DNA from: Phycisphaerae bacterium
GTDB taxonomy: Bacteria > Planctomycetota > Phycisphaerae > UBA1845
Length of the DNA: 64,000 bases
Assembly: GCA_963666835.2 (NCBI GenBank)
Contig: CAXXGO010000006.1
Location: forward strand, 1,216,001-1,280,000
Direction: 5' to 3'
Shown in pieces: positions 31,153 through 41,191 of the stretch. A program made the translations under genes and the position numbers. The notes below the pieces were generated by a model. The model was not told where the DNA came from. It saw only the letters and a program-made list of their open reading frames with translations, and did not search any database. Numbering within the stretch: position 1 is the stretch's first letter; every line of letters starts with the position of its first letter.

Positions 31153-31301
31153 GTGCTCACGCCCTACAAAGTAGTAAGTTGCTTGGCTTCTAGCCGACGC
31201 CCGTGGGTTTCTTCTTCTTGCCCGGACGAGAAGGAGAACGGGCGCCCGTCTGTTGCACAGGCCTGCGATTACAGGACTGTTCGAATAACAGGGAGATCTG
31301 C

Positions 31302-31469
31302 ATGTATAAGAGGGCGAGTATTACCAGGGTCTTGCGACGAGTCGCGGCGATTGCGAGCGGTGCGACGCTGCTTCAAGTTGGCAGTTGCACAGTCGACGAG
31401 GCGTTGCTGACAGAATTTGCCAACTTGGCCGCCGAAACGCTTTTGACGGCGCTGATGGGAAGCGTCTGA
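31302..31469 (+). CDS. 55-aa putative small lipoprotein/peptide
   Basis: GGGAG RBS; MYKRASITRVLRRVAAIASGATLLQVGSC then short amphipathic acidic helix. Confidence 0.7.
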   Translation: MYKRASITRVLRRVAAIASGATLLQVGSCTVDEALLTEFANLAAETLLTALMGSV

Positions 31470-31540
31470 CACGAAGCTGTCGTACGCCTTGGCCGATTGC
31501 GTGCGGTAATCTGCCTTTGCTTATTGAGGAGCCACGAAAC

Positions 31541-32662
31541 GTGGATCGCCATATACAAACTGTTTTGGTGATACTGATCGCCGCTGACGCCGGCTTGTCG
31601 CTGTGTGTCGGGTGCGGTACCCAAGTAGGGATTGCCGCGTCACCCGCCGACGTTTATGTCGAGGTCGGTGATACGGCGGACATTACCGTAGTGGCGGTAA
31701 TGGACATCGGCGCGGCCAGGACCGTGTCATCGCCACTGACCCTGGGCTCCAGCGATGAGACGATTGCGGCGGTGTCTGATGAGGCCGTAATCGGCGTTGC
31801 AGAAGGTGAGGCCGTCGTGGCGATCAGCGACGGGACTTTCAGCACGACGGCCGTTGTTCATGTGGTAGCGGTGGGAACGCTGCCCGATAACCTTGTCGTC
31901 ACTCCGACTTCGGTCGTCTGTGATACGGAATCAGGTGACACTCAGTTGAAGGTCTTCGCGATCTTCGCCACCGGAGCGACTGAGGACGTTACGGATCAGG
32001 CTACGTACGAAAGCAGCGATACCGACGTTGCGCTCGTTACGGTTGACGGCGCTGTTGTTTGCATCAGTAACGGGGGTGCTGAGATTACGACGCGGTACTT
32101 CAACGCTTCGGAAGTGATCGATGTTGCTGTTGAAGAACCGCCGCCGGAATCGATTGCTTTCGGTTCCTCGACTTTGGAGTGTACTGCCGGTGAATCGCAT
32201 GCAGTGCAGGTGCTGGCATACTGGGAAGATGGATCGACGACGGACGTTAGCCTCTCCGCCGCGTACCGCTCGACGGATATGTCGGTTGCAACGGTGTATT
32301 TCGGGCAGGTATACTGTCGTTCTGAAGGAACCGCGAACATCATTGCATCCGTTTCGGGCGTGACGAGTGTGTTGAGCGTAGGAGTGGATACCGCCGCCTC
32401 GAGCGAAGCCGTTGGTCTGTACATCAGCCCTTCGTCTATTGCCTGCAGTGTGTCCGAAACCGCGGAGTTTTCGGTGATCGCAGAGTTCGGAGATGGAAGT
32501 CTGGTGGATGTTACGGCCGATAACCGGACACAGTATCAGAGTTCGGACCCCACCGTAGCGCCGGTAGTCCTCGGCCAGGTGTGGTGTGTTCAGCAGGGCC
32601 AGGCAATCGTGCAGGCATCGTACGGCGACTTGACGGCTGCGGCCACGGTCACCGTTCCGTAA
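31541..32662 (+). CDS. Probable lipoprotein with four bacterial Ig-like (Big_2) domains
   Basis: GAGGAG RBS, GTG start, ..CVGC; repeats DVTDQATYESSDTDVALV / DVSLSAAYRSTDMSVATV / DVTADNRTQYQSSDPTVA. Confidence 0.8.
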   Translation: MDRHIQTVLVILIAADAGLSLCVGCGTQVGIAASPADVYVEVGDTADITVVAVMDIGAARTVSSPLTLGSSDETIAAVSDEAVIGVAEGEAVVAISDGTFSTTAVVHVVAVGTLPDNLVVTPTSVVCDTESGDTQLKVFAIFATGATEDVTDQATYESSDTDVALVTVDGAVVCISNGGAEITTRYFNASEVIDVAVEEPPPESIAFGSSTLECTAGESHAVQVLAYWEDGSTTDVSLSAAYRSTDMSVATVYFGQVYCRSEGTANIIASVSGVTSVLSVGVDTAASSEAVGLYISPSSIACSVSETAEFSVIAEFGDGSLVDVTADNRTQYQSSDPTVAPVVLGQVWCVQQGQAIVQASYGDLTAAATVTVP

Positions 32663-32832
32663 CCGAATGATGAAAGAACCCATGGCCGCCAGGTTGTTCG
32701 ACTTACAGGAGTTCTATGACGCATTGAATGGTCTGCTCACGCACGTAGCCCAACGTTGCGATATGGTACTGGAGTTTCCGGGCACCGCACCGTAGTGGGC
32801 TTGTCGGGGAATGAGTCTCATGAGTTTGCAAG

Positions 32833-33597
32833 ATGGTAGACGATCGTGACAAAACGCTGAAATGGCATCGCTGCGAGGCCAAGTACCTCGTCAGCGAGGC
32901 CCAGGCGGCTGAGATCGGCCGCTACTGCCGGGACTACTTGCCGCCGGACCCGCATGCGCCGGCGGACGCCGGGTTTGCGTACCCGATTCTCTCGGTCTAC
33001 CTCGATTCACCGTCGCGGCTACTCCTTCAGCATACGGTCGATAAACACCCCGAACGCTACAAGCTTCGCGTGCGCACGTATCGCGATCGCCATGCGCCGA
33101 CGAACGGTCTTCCAGAGTACTTCGAAATCAAACGCAAGACCGGAGGGGTCGTGCATAAAACGCGAGCCAGGCTGCGCGCAAGAGACGGCGAGGAGATCCT
33201 CTGGGGCGACCGGAGCCTCCTGACCGGCGAGTGCGACTACGATAGCGCAACCGAGGCCAGTGTACAGGAGTTTGTGGAGCTGCGCAGACGGATCCGCGCG
33301 GAGCCGGTGGTCGGCGTATACTATATGCGCGAGGCCTACGAGGGCGCTTCGGCGGAACGGATTCGGATTACTTTGGACCGCGAACTACACTATGGGCTCC
33401 TCGGTAGACCCGAAGATGGTGGCCGCGATATGTGGTGGCCGGTCAACCCCGGCGGTGTGATTCTCGAGATCAAGTTCACCAATGTGTATCCGTTCTGGGT
33501 TCTGGATATGCTTCGTCGTGTTGAGGTAGATCGGCGCGGCGTTTGCAAGTACCTGATCTGTGCGAGCGGTGCGGGCATCACCATACCGCGAGTATAA
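32833..33597 (+). CDS. VTC / polyphosphate-polymerase-domain (CYTH/TTM) protein
   Basis: RCEAKYLV, SVYLDS, RYKLRVRTY, FEIKRK, YMREAY, RITLD, ILEIKF, CKY. Confidence 0.92.
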   Translation: MVDDRDKTLKWHRCEAKYLVSEAQAAEIGRYCRDYLPPDPHAPADAGFAYPILSVYLDSPSRLLLQHTVDKHPERYKLRVRTYRDRHAPTNGLPEYFEIKRKTGGVVHKTRARLRARDGEEILWGDRSLLTGECDYDSATEASVQEFVELRRRIRAEPVVGVYYMREAYEGASAERIRITLDRELHYGLLGRPEDGGRDMWWPVNPGGVILEIKFTNVYPFWVLDMLRRVEVDRRGVCKYLICASGAGITIPRV

Positions 33598-33624
33598 TAT
33601 GAACTGGAGGTCTTTGTCCGCATC

Positions 33625-34335
33625 ATGGATATGCTTGACGGCTTATTCCAGACAACGCCGGTCTCGGCTACGCGAGCAGGCGAGCATTTGATTCTGGCCC
33701 TTCTGGTCAGCTTTATTGTTGGCCAGGCGAATGCCTGGTGCTACAAGTGGACTCACCGGGGTGTCTCGTACTCGCGAACGTTCACGCAGGCGCTGGTGCT
33801 TATCTCAATAGTTGCGGCGCTTAGTATGTCGCTTGTGGCGTCGAAAGTCCTGGTGGCCGTCGGCCTCATGGGCGGGTTGGCGATTATTCGGTTCCGAACG
33901 GTCGTTCGCGATGCGCGGGATACCGCCTACGTGTTCCTATGTTTGATCTGCGGCATGGCGGCGGGTTTCGGATTTTACGGCACGGCAGTCGTCGGGGCCC
34001 TTGCGGCGAATCTGGTGGCGATCTACCTGCAGTTCACCGGGTTTGGAGCTTGGCACTCCCGAGATAACCTCCTGCGGTTTCAGTGCGACGTATCGTCTGT
34101 CAGGGGAGGTGCCGTCGATCTTCTTCTGGGTGAGTTTTGCCGACGGCGAACGGTGATTTCGGTGGACGAGTCGCCGCCGGCGACCCCCGGCGGTGAGGCA
34201 ACCTGCCAATGTACGTACAAGATTCGGCTGCACGATGCCGAGGAAGGCCCCGAACTCGTGGCGGCCTTGAAAGACAGGTTTCGGATTCACGCAATACACC
34301 TGCTTGTTGAGCAGGAGCACGAGGAAGTGGCTTGA
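33625..34335 (+). CDS. DUF4956 family membrane protein
   Basis: YSRTFTQAL, GLMGGLAIIRFRTVVRDARD, GMAAGFG; adjacent to VTC gene. Confidence 0.92.
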   Translation: MDMLDGLFQTTPVSATRAGEHLILALLVSFIVGQANAWCYKWTHRGVSYSRTFTQALVLISIVAALSMSLVASKVLVAVGLMGGLAIIRFRTVVRDARDTAYVFLCLICGMAAGFGFYGTAVVGALAANLVAIYLQFTGFGAWHSRDNLLRFQCDVSSVRGGAVDLLLGEFCRRRTVISVDESPPATPGGEATCQCTYKIRLHDAEEGPELVAALKDRFRIHAIHLLVEQEHEEVA

Positions 34336-35528
34336 GACAAGCAACAAGAACACCTTCTGGCTCGAATGGCAACACGCCCAGGCGACGGAAAAGGCGTCGA
34401 ATCCGCCGATATATGCTGGGTATAATGCCGGTTGCCGTATGGATCGCGGCGATTGTAGCGGCCGTGCATCTGCACCAACGAATCCGCACAGGTACGCTTC
34501 TGACCGCTTTTGCCGAGGATCGGCCTGTGACGATTGCGCACCTGGAGCCCGGTGTCATTCAAAACGTACACGTAGCATTGCACGAACAGGTCCACTGCGG
34601 ACAGGTTCTTATCTCCATTGACGACCGAGAGGAACGTATCCGGCTAGCCGCTATCGAGAAGGACATTGAGCGCCTCGGTGCCGATGTAGTGGCAGCGCAG
34701 GTCAGTATGGCCGCCGGTAACGCCCGGGCAGTTGCTGACGTTGAGGACCTCGCCCGGCGCTTTGCCATAGACCGGGAGGCTGCCCACATCGACTATCTAT
34801 CTCAGTTAGCGATCAACGCCCAAAACCGTATTCTGCTGCATTGGGCCGACGTAGAGCTGCAAATCACTCAGGGCTTGCGCGATCAAGACAGTGCCACATA
34901 CCGTGAATTCAACAAGGCTGAGACCGAGGCCAAGTCACTGCGGGCAGAGCTTGAAAGAGGGATGGATGTTCTGAACCGGAAAAAAACCGCATTCGACGAA
35001 GCGGATCAGCGTTGGTTCCGGTTTACCCAGAGAGAGGACGTGGCCACCACGTTTGAACCGGTACTTACGCCTTTACGGCTGTCGATCGAGGTGCGAAGAC
35101 GAGACTTAGAGGAAGTTGTGCGCACAATCGATGCTCATGTCCTGCGAGCGCCGATAGACGGACAGGTGACGGGGCTTCTCGCCCGTGCCGGCGATACAAT
35201 CCGGGCAGGTGATCCGCTGGCCATGGTCTCGCCAAACAGCAGCAACCGCGTAGTAGCCTATCTCCCCGAGCATATGGTCCTCTCCACGCGGGTGGGAGCG
35301 CCGGTTACCGTTGAATGCACTGCCGGGGCCGACGGAGTACGCCGGGCGTATCCCGGAACCATTGTCAGTCAGTCGGCTACCGTCGCTGAGGCTCCGCCGC
35401 GCTATCGGCTAGCGCCGACGTATCCCGTATGGGGGCGCGCCGTGGTTGCGGCTCTCGACGGCGATGTTCGTCTGATCCCCGGGGAGGCCGTGACGATTAG
35501 CCTCGATTCGGGCGGAAACACGGAGTGA
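34332..35528 (+). CDS. HlyD-family membrane fusion protein
   Basis: TM anchor, coiled coil, LRAPIDGQV..GDTIRAGDPL, LIPGEAV. Confidence 0.85.
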   Translation: MRQATRTPSGSNGNTPRRRKRRRIRRYMLGIMPVAVWIAAIVAAVHLHQRIRTGTLLTAFAEDRPVTIAHLEPGVIQNVHVALHEQVHCGQVLISIDDREERIRLAAIEKDIERLGADVVAAQVSMAAGNARAVADVEDLARRFAIDREAAHIDYLSQLAINAQNRILLHWADVELQITQGLRDQDSATYREFNKAETEAKSLRAELERGMDVLNRKKTAFDEADQRWFRFTQREDVATTFEPVLTPLRLSIEVRRRDLEEVVRTIDAHVLRAPIDGQVTGLLARAGDTIRAGDPLAMVSPNSSNRVVAYLPEHMVLSTRVGAPVTVECTAGADGVRRAYPGTIVSQSATVAEAPPRYRLAPTYPVWGRAVVAALDGDVRLIPGEAVTISLDSGGNTE

Positions 35529-35678
35529 GAGCTGGCATCGTTATGAGGACAAGCGACTATCGTTACCTGAGACACCACCGCCTGCCGGATTCGCGACCCT
35601 GATAACTGACAAGAATCTGACATTAAAGCAACATGCTGCCGGCGCGTTTGCCCGAGCTTCTCAAACTGGAGAATAACT

Positions 35679-37568
35679 GTGCTTCGTGAAAACCTACCGC
35701 CGACCAGGAAGATTGCCTACCGTTCCCCGTGGAATGCTGTGACCTGCAGACGCATACTCTCTTTGCTGGTTTGCGTGTGCCTGGCGTCGTTCCTTGGAGC
35801 ATGCGGTAGCGGTCTTTCGCAACTACCGTTCAACGACGAACCGATTGACGGTGGTGCGGATAACAACATGGTCGACGACGATGCCAACGGCGACGTTTAT
35901 GACGATTCAATAGACGATACATCTGCGGACAACGCGGAACAGCACGATGACGCGGACGATTATGTATATGACGACGATGCTGTTACCGAAGTTACGTTGA
36001 ACGGCAATCCCATATCCGTATCCGGAAACGGCGCAAGCGTTGACGGTAGCACCGTGACTATAACCGCCCCGGGCACATACAACATCGCCGGTTCTCTCGA
36101 CGATGGACAGATTATCGTCGATACCGGTGATGCCGACAGCGAAGACGCGGTTCAGCTCGTTTTAGATGGCGTCGATATTAACAGTTCCACGACGGCGCCT
36201 ATTTATGTAGTCGAGGCAGCCAAAGCAATCATCATTCTGGCGGAAGACAGCGATAACTATATTACAGACGGCGCATCGTATCTTCTCGATGATCCGGAAA
36301 GCGACGAACCCAACGCGGCGGTATTCAGTAAGGGCGCCCTCAGTATCTCCGGCGAGGGGTCTCTCACGGTTGATGCCAACTACAACGACGGAATCGCCAG
36401 CAAGGACGGCCTTATTATCGAGAGTGGGGTGATCACCGTTTGCTCGGCAGATGATGGGATACGGGGTAAGGACTATGTAATCGTCAAAGGCGGCACGATC
36501 ACGATTGATGCCGAGGGCGATGGTATCAAGTCGGATAACGATGGAGATAATACCAAGGGCTACATTTCGATTGAGGCCGGCATGATCGACGTTACCGCCG
36601 GAGCCGACGCTCTTGATGCCGCGACGGATGTTCTGGTCGCTGGTGGAGATATGGTCTTGGTCGCGGGCGGCGGCAGTAACGGTTACAACTTTGCCGGAAG
36701 TGAGTCGCTAAAAGGGATCAAGGGCAGTGTTAGTGTGATTATCGATGGCGGTACGATCGATATTGACTCTGCCGATGACGCGGTACATTCGAATGGTAGC
36801 GTGACGATTAATGGAGGGTCATTCGTGATCTCCACCGGCGATGACGGCGTTCACGGCGACGCGAGTGTCGAAGTCAACGGCGGGGAGATTACCATTCTGG
36901 AATCGTATGAGGGAATCGAAAGTCGCTCGGTCGTCTCGATTAACGACGGGACCATCGATATTGTCGCGAGTGATGACGGCCTGAACGTGGCCGGGGGTGT
37001 TGATGGCTCCGGGTTCCGTCCGGGTAGACCGGACGACTTCATGACGTCGGGGGATTGTCATCTGTACATCAACGGCGGCAGCATTGTGGTCGATGCCGAC
37101 GGGGATGGTATCGATGTGAACGGCACCGTGACGATGAAAGGTGGCACCGTGGTCGTCAGCGGCCCCACGTCGGATGCGAACGGGGCTCTGGATCACGGGT
37201 CGTTTACGATCGACGGAGGTGTGCTGGTGGCCGCGGGCAGCGCCGGCATGGCCCAGGGACCCGGGTCGGGATCGAGCCAGTACTCGGTGCAGTTGACGCT
37301 GGGATCTTCACTCCGGGGCGGGACGGTGTTCTACGTGGAAACGAGCAGTGGTGAAGGGCTGTTCTGCGTTGCGCCCGAGAAGCAATACCGGTCAGTAGCG
37401 TTCTCGTCGCCGGAGCTGGAAATGGGTGCGACGTATAATGTGTATTATGGGGGAAGCGTAACCGGGGAGCCAACGGACGGGTTCTATCAAGATGGAACGT
37501 ACACGCCGGGGACGACTGGTTTCAGCTTGCAGATCTCCGGCACGGTTACGAGAATCAATACCCGGTAG
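35679..37568 (+). CDS. Cthe_2159-like carbohydrate-binding beta-helix lipoprotein
   Basis: Lipobox LGAC, Asp-rich linker, VTITAPGTYNIAGSLDDGQI, repeated DDGIRG/DAVHSNG/DDGLN/DGIDVNG. Confidence 0.9.
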   Translation: MLRENLPPTRKIAYRSPWNAVTCRRILSLLVCVCLASFLGACGSGLSQLPFNDEPIDGGADNNMVDDDANGDVYDDSIDDTSADNAEQHDDADDYVYDDDAVTEVTLNGNPISVSGNGASVDGSTVTITAPGTYNIAGSLDDGQIIVDTGDADSEDAVQLVLDGVDINSSTTAPIYVVEAAKAIIILAEDSDNYITDGASYLLDDPESDEPNAAVFSKGALSISGEGSLTVDANYNDGIASKDGLIIESGVITVCSADDGIRGKDYVIVKGGTITIDAEGDGIKSDNDGDNTKGYISIEAGMIDVTAGADALDAATDVLVAGGDMVLVAGGGSNGYNFAGSESLKGIKGSVSVIIDGGTIDIDSADDAVHSNGSVTINGGSFVISTGDDGVHGDASVEVNGGEITILESYEGIESRSVVSINDGTIDIVASDDGLNVAGGVDGSGFRPGRPDDFMTSGDCHLYINGGSIVVDADGDGIDVNGTVTMKGGTVVVSGPTSDANGALDHGSFTIDGGVLVAAGSAGMAQGPGSGSSQYSVQLTLGSSLRGGTVFYVETSSGEGLFCVAPEKQYRSVAFSSPELEMGATYNVYYGGSVTGEPTDGFYQDGTYTPGTTGFSLQISGTVTRINTR

Positions 37569-37743
37569 GGCAGGATACGGTTTCAGACGGGTGCGCTCGG
37601 TCAAGAGTACAAACCACAAACCAACTTAGTGCCAGGGCTTAGCCCCGGCGCGGAAGCGCGTTGTATTACTGTGACGTCGCCCAGAAAAGGGCGGTGTGAC
37701 AGTGGTTTACGCTCGTTTATGCGAAGGTCATGAACAACCCGGG

Positions 37744-38421
37744 CTAGGCGGCGACGCGCCGACGCTGCAGCCGGGCGATACCGGCGAGTGTCAGGGCAAA
37801 CAGAACCACCGAGGTTGGTTCCGGAACCATGTAGGTTCGAAAGGTCATGTCGCAGGCCACGCCCATACCCGCATACGTTGCTCCGCCGTCGAGACTCAAA
37901 AACGCCCCGCCGGTTGCGTAGGCGTCGGAGTCTGCAGAGCCCCAAGAGAACATCTCACAAACAGTCGCGTCGGGCGAACGGAGCACGAGCGCGTACTCGG
38001 TCCCAAGGGTCAGTTCCGGCATAGAGCCTGAGAAGTCGAAAGAGACCTGCACTGCGAAGTCCGGATCAGGGCCGGGATTCGGCACCTGTTCCGCGAGTAT
38101 CATTACCGAACCGAGCGACGATGCCGGCGCATTCGGAACACCGTCAGTTGTCGGGACGATATCCAACATTACATCGTGCTTGGTATCCAGATTACCGGTG
38201 ATCCGCGGGCCCTCCGGATAGCCGAGGATATCCACCCGAGCAAGAGAGCCGGTTACTTGCGGTACGAAAGTCTGCGCGACGGCGTATTGTTCGCTCAGAC
38301 CCACTCCGCTGTTGTGGGTCCACTGCTCCTGATCCAGAATGAGGCCGGCGTATGAACCGCTCGCGCCCGCGGTTAGCGCGGCAATACCCATTAGAACAAC
38401 GAGTGAATGAAATCGTTTCAT
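37744..38421 (-). CDS. PEP-CTERM sorting-domain protein
   Basis: AGGAGG RBS, signal peptide, C-terminal VPEPTSVVLFALTLAGIARLQRRR. Confidence 0.92.
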   Translation of the reverse strand: MKRFHSLVVLMGIAALTAGASGSYAGLILDQEQWTHNSGVGLSEQYAVAQTFVPQVTGSLARVDILGYPEGPRITGNLDTKHDVMLDIVPTTDGVPNAPASSLGSVMILAEQVPNPGPDPDFAVQVSFDFSGSMPELTLGTEYALVLRSPDATVCEMFSWGSADSDAYATGGAFLSLDGGATYAGMGVACDMTFRTYMVPEPTSVVLFALTLAGIARLQRRRVAA

Positions 38422-38838
38422 AGACGCCCCTCCTGCGCACTTAGCTAGCCCCAACAGCGATCATCGCACGGCACCACCGCGCCGACCGGTCCCTCACCGA
38501 ACGCAGTCGTTCAAGCCCTGACCCCCGGCGGGATTGAACTGATGCCACCCGAACACGCCGGTAAGTCTAGCGACGTAGACCGCGGCCGCAAGCGGTCCTG
38601 ACCGCCGCGGCCATGAGGAGTCGTCCCCCTCGCGGCACCCCGATGACCTACTGCGCCGGAACGCACTCAGACAGCATGAATGACGGGCTCGGTGCTATCC
38701 CACGTGGTGCGGTGTTGCATCGTGCGGCGCGTTAACGCCGTGCGCGTACCACCGTGTGGCGCCCGCGTACCGGCGGCCTAGCTTGGCCGGGGTGGGTCGC
38801 CATCGTCCACGCTTGCGTGGCCATGGTGCGCATGCCGT

Positions 38839-38901
38839 AGGGCAGATGAGCAGATGAACGTGTTCGCGTATGACGACGCAGGCCCACAAATGGAAACCGC
38901 G
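38839..38901 (-). pseudogene. Fragment of REP-associated Y1 (HUH) transposase
   Basis: RGFHLWACVVIREHVHLLICP resembles RAYT LWAYVxMPEHVHLL; flanked by palindromes at 38799-38826 and 38905-38950. Confidence 0.7.
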
Positions 38902-38904
38902 CTT

Positions 38905-39120
38905 GCCCCGAAGGGGCACAGGTGTGTAGCCAGGCGGCGCAAGCCCCTGGTGAGGGTGCGGTCAATATCGATCAGGCCCGAAGGGGCGGCAGAAGCGAAC
39001 GAGCGCGCAGGAAGAGCCTATCGCGTCCCCCCACTGCCACGAGATAGCGTGTCACGAGCGGTACATCTGGGAATGATGGCGCGATCCGATTGCGGAGTCT
39101 GCCGCCCGTTGGGCTTGCCG
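38905..39120 (+). mobile_element. REP-bounded miniature element carrying the decayed 3' end of an IS200-family tnpA
   Basis: GCCCCGAAGGGGC..GTAGCCAGG..CCCCTGG..GGGCGGCAGA left, TCTGCCGCCC..GGGCT right; 39008-39076 reads QEEPIASPHCHEIACHERYIWE*. Confidence 0.68.
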
Positions 39121-39239
39121 ACCGCGCGATGATCCCGTTCTATAAGGCGGGGACTCCGGCAAACGCGCGCGTTGTTCTACACATTATCGCCCCGGTTGGT
39201 CCGGATGCTGCACGATAGGAAGTTGGTATACTGGCTCTC

Positions 39240-39650
39240 ATGCGGCGGCGCGCGTGGGTCAGACGGTTGCTGAAATGGACGGGGCTGGCGGTCTGCCTGC
39301 TCATCGGGACGGTGTGGGCGGTCTCCTGTACGCCCCTCATCATTGCGCATCTCCATTCGAGTGGCGGGACCGTGTTTATCGACGGCTGCATCCGCCCAAC
39401 ATACAGTGGTGCTGCGCCCGTGGGCTGGAATGGCCGGGACGGGTGGCGGGTGCTATGCGCAGGCATGAGCCCTGCTATCGGCGATATCTTCATTCCACTG
39501 TGGTTGCCGTTTCTTCTTGTCGGCGTACCGACTGGTTGGCTGTGGTGGCGAGATCGATACCGCCCGCCGCCGGGCCACTGCCGAAGCTGCGGCTACAATC
39601 TGACCGGCAACGTCAGCGGGCAGTGTTCGGAATGTGGGGAGCAGGTATGA
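39240..39650 (+). CDS. Membrane protein with C-terminal Zn ribbon
   Basis: IPLWLPFLL..WWRDR..GHCRSCGYNLTGNVSGQCSECG; TGGTATACT 7 nt before ATG. Confidence 0.85.
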   Translation: MRRRAWVRRLLKWTGLAVCLLIGTVWAVSCTPLIIAHLHSSGGTVFIDGCIRPTYSGAAPVGWNGRDGWRVLCAGMSPAIGDIFIPLWLPFLLVGVPTGWLWWRDRYRPPPGHCRSCGYNLTGNVSGQCSECGEQV

Positions 39651-40303
39651 CAGAGGTATCCCGCGCGCGGAATCCACGGGACATCTTGCTCGGAGCCAAG
39701 ATAGTCGGGGGATCGCTGGTCGCTGGGGGCGTGGTGCTCATCAGCGAGTATCTCACTGTCAGTTCCATCGGGTTCAGGCATGTCTGGACAGTGCAGTTCA
39801 TTGCCATGATGCTGGCAGGACTTGTGATGCTGGCCATGCCCGTCATCGTATCTTGGTGCCTGGTGACGAGGCGGAGGCGCACGGCCCTCGTGGCGTTTGT
39901 CTCCTGCCTTCTCGGAATGGGTATATTGGTTACCTCGATGCGGCTGAAAGAACGGGTCCGCATGAGCGCGTTCGCCAAACTGGCGGAACGAAGCGCTGAA
40001 CTCGTAGAAGCGATCAAAGCGTACGAGCGGATTCATGGGGAGCCCCCTGCATCGCTAAGTGCGCTGGTGCCCAAGTTCATCGCCGCGATTCCCAAGACGG
40101 GGATCGGCGCCTACCCGACGTATCGGTATCACGTCGGCAAAACACAGCGGTGGGACGGCAATCCGTGGGTGCTGTCTGTTTTTGCATCCAAGGGTGTGCT
40201 GAACTTCGACGAATTCCTGTGCTACCCTCTGCAGAACTATCCAGCGACTCGGTGCGGCAATCGTCTGGAGCGGGTCGGTGATTGGGCGTACCTGCACGAG
40301 TAG
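39647..40303 (+). CDS. Hypothetical membrane protein (3 TM plus pilin-like LVEAIKAY..PxSLxxLVP segment)
   Basis: ATGA overlap with upstream stop; hydrophobic N-half. Confidence 0.75.
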   Translation: MTEVSRARNPRDILLGAKIVGGSLVAGGVVLISEYLTVSSIGFRHVWTVQFIAMMLAGLVMLAMPVIVSWCLVTRRRRTALVAFVSCLLGMGILVTSMRLKERVRMSAFAKLAERSAELVEAIKAYERIHGEPPASLSALVPKFIAAIPKTGIGAYPTYRYHVGKTQRWDGNPWVLSVFASKGVLNFDEFLCYPLQNYPATRCGNRLERVGDWAYLHE

Positions 40304-40418
40304 TCGGTCATTTCGCTGAAGATCCAACGCCTCGGCCGGAGGCAACGACGGGCGCGCCGAAAGATGACCGAATCTGCTCGCCGACGCAGATGCGAGTATT
40401 TCGGCAAAGGAGTGAGCA

Positions 40419-41111
40419 ATGAAGGAAGTCGAGGACTGGAGACGGCGATTCGCCAGGAAAGCGAGCCGTATGACCGTGGGTGGCTCCCGCCCACCGGACA
40501 ATCCGGCGACTTCGTGGTTCGGGCGAGTGTCTTTGGCTGAGCCTGCGGAGATGTGGCCCGTCTGCCAGGGTCGCTTGATGTGGCCTCTGCTTCAGATCGT
40601 AGTGCGGGAGCTTCCGTTCTGCCCCGCGTCATTGAGCGACATTGCCGTCATCCGTGTGTTCATCGATCCCAGGTTCTACGAATTGAACACGGACGCAGGG
40701 GAAGGTTGGGCGGTCCGTACCTCAGCGACGCTTGAGGGGCTCGACGTCATCACCGAGCCGGCCCACGAGAGTAAGATCAGGCCGTTTCCGGGACGATGGG
40801 AGTTAGTCGAGGCCGACTACCCAACGCACGATGATCTACCCTGGGATTCTCCAAGCGCGCTCCGCGATTCCTACTACGAACTCGGCTTCGAGAACGTGGG
40901 GGGGACGAAGGTCGGAGGGTGGCCATCTAATGTCCAGTCGGAGATCTTCTGGGCGCCAATGAACAAGCACCCCCACAATCCACAGTATGCGTTCCAGATT
41001 GATACGGAGCCGAAGGCTCATTGGATGTGGGGTGACAGTGGTGTCGGTTACTTCGGTCGTGGAACAGGAGTGCACCAAGATGAGTGGGCCATGTCGTGGC
41101 AGTGCTGCTGA
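40419..41111 (+). CDS. YwqG/DUF1963 family protein
   Basis: AAGGAG RBS; PLLQI, GTKVGGWPSNVQ, FQID..MWGDSGVGYF, WQC end. Confidence 0.85.
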   Translation: MKEVEDWRRRFARKASRMTVGGSRPPDNPATSWFGRVSLAEPAEMWPVCQGRLMWPLLQIVVRELPFCPASLSDIAVIRVFIDPRFYELNTDAGEGWAVRTSATLEGLDVITEPAHESKIRPFPGRWELVEADYPTHDDLPWDSPSALRDSYYELGFENVGGTKVGGWPSNVQSEIFWAPMNKHPHNPQYAFQIDTEPKAHWMWGDSGVGYFGRGTGVHQDEWAMSWQCC

Positions 41112-41191
41112 TCCGGAGTCGTTCAACACGACTGCGATAGTCCTGGAAGCTGAATCCTCGCGAGGTGGCCGTTGACCGGGAGCAATGTCGA

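Noticed and set aside
41121..41177. attC-like site (GTTCAAC..GTTGACC) between small genes
   Set aside because: Poor internal pairing, imperfect R' box, no matching sites at other junctions, no integrase
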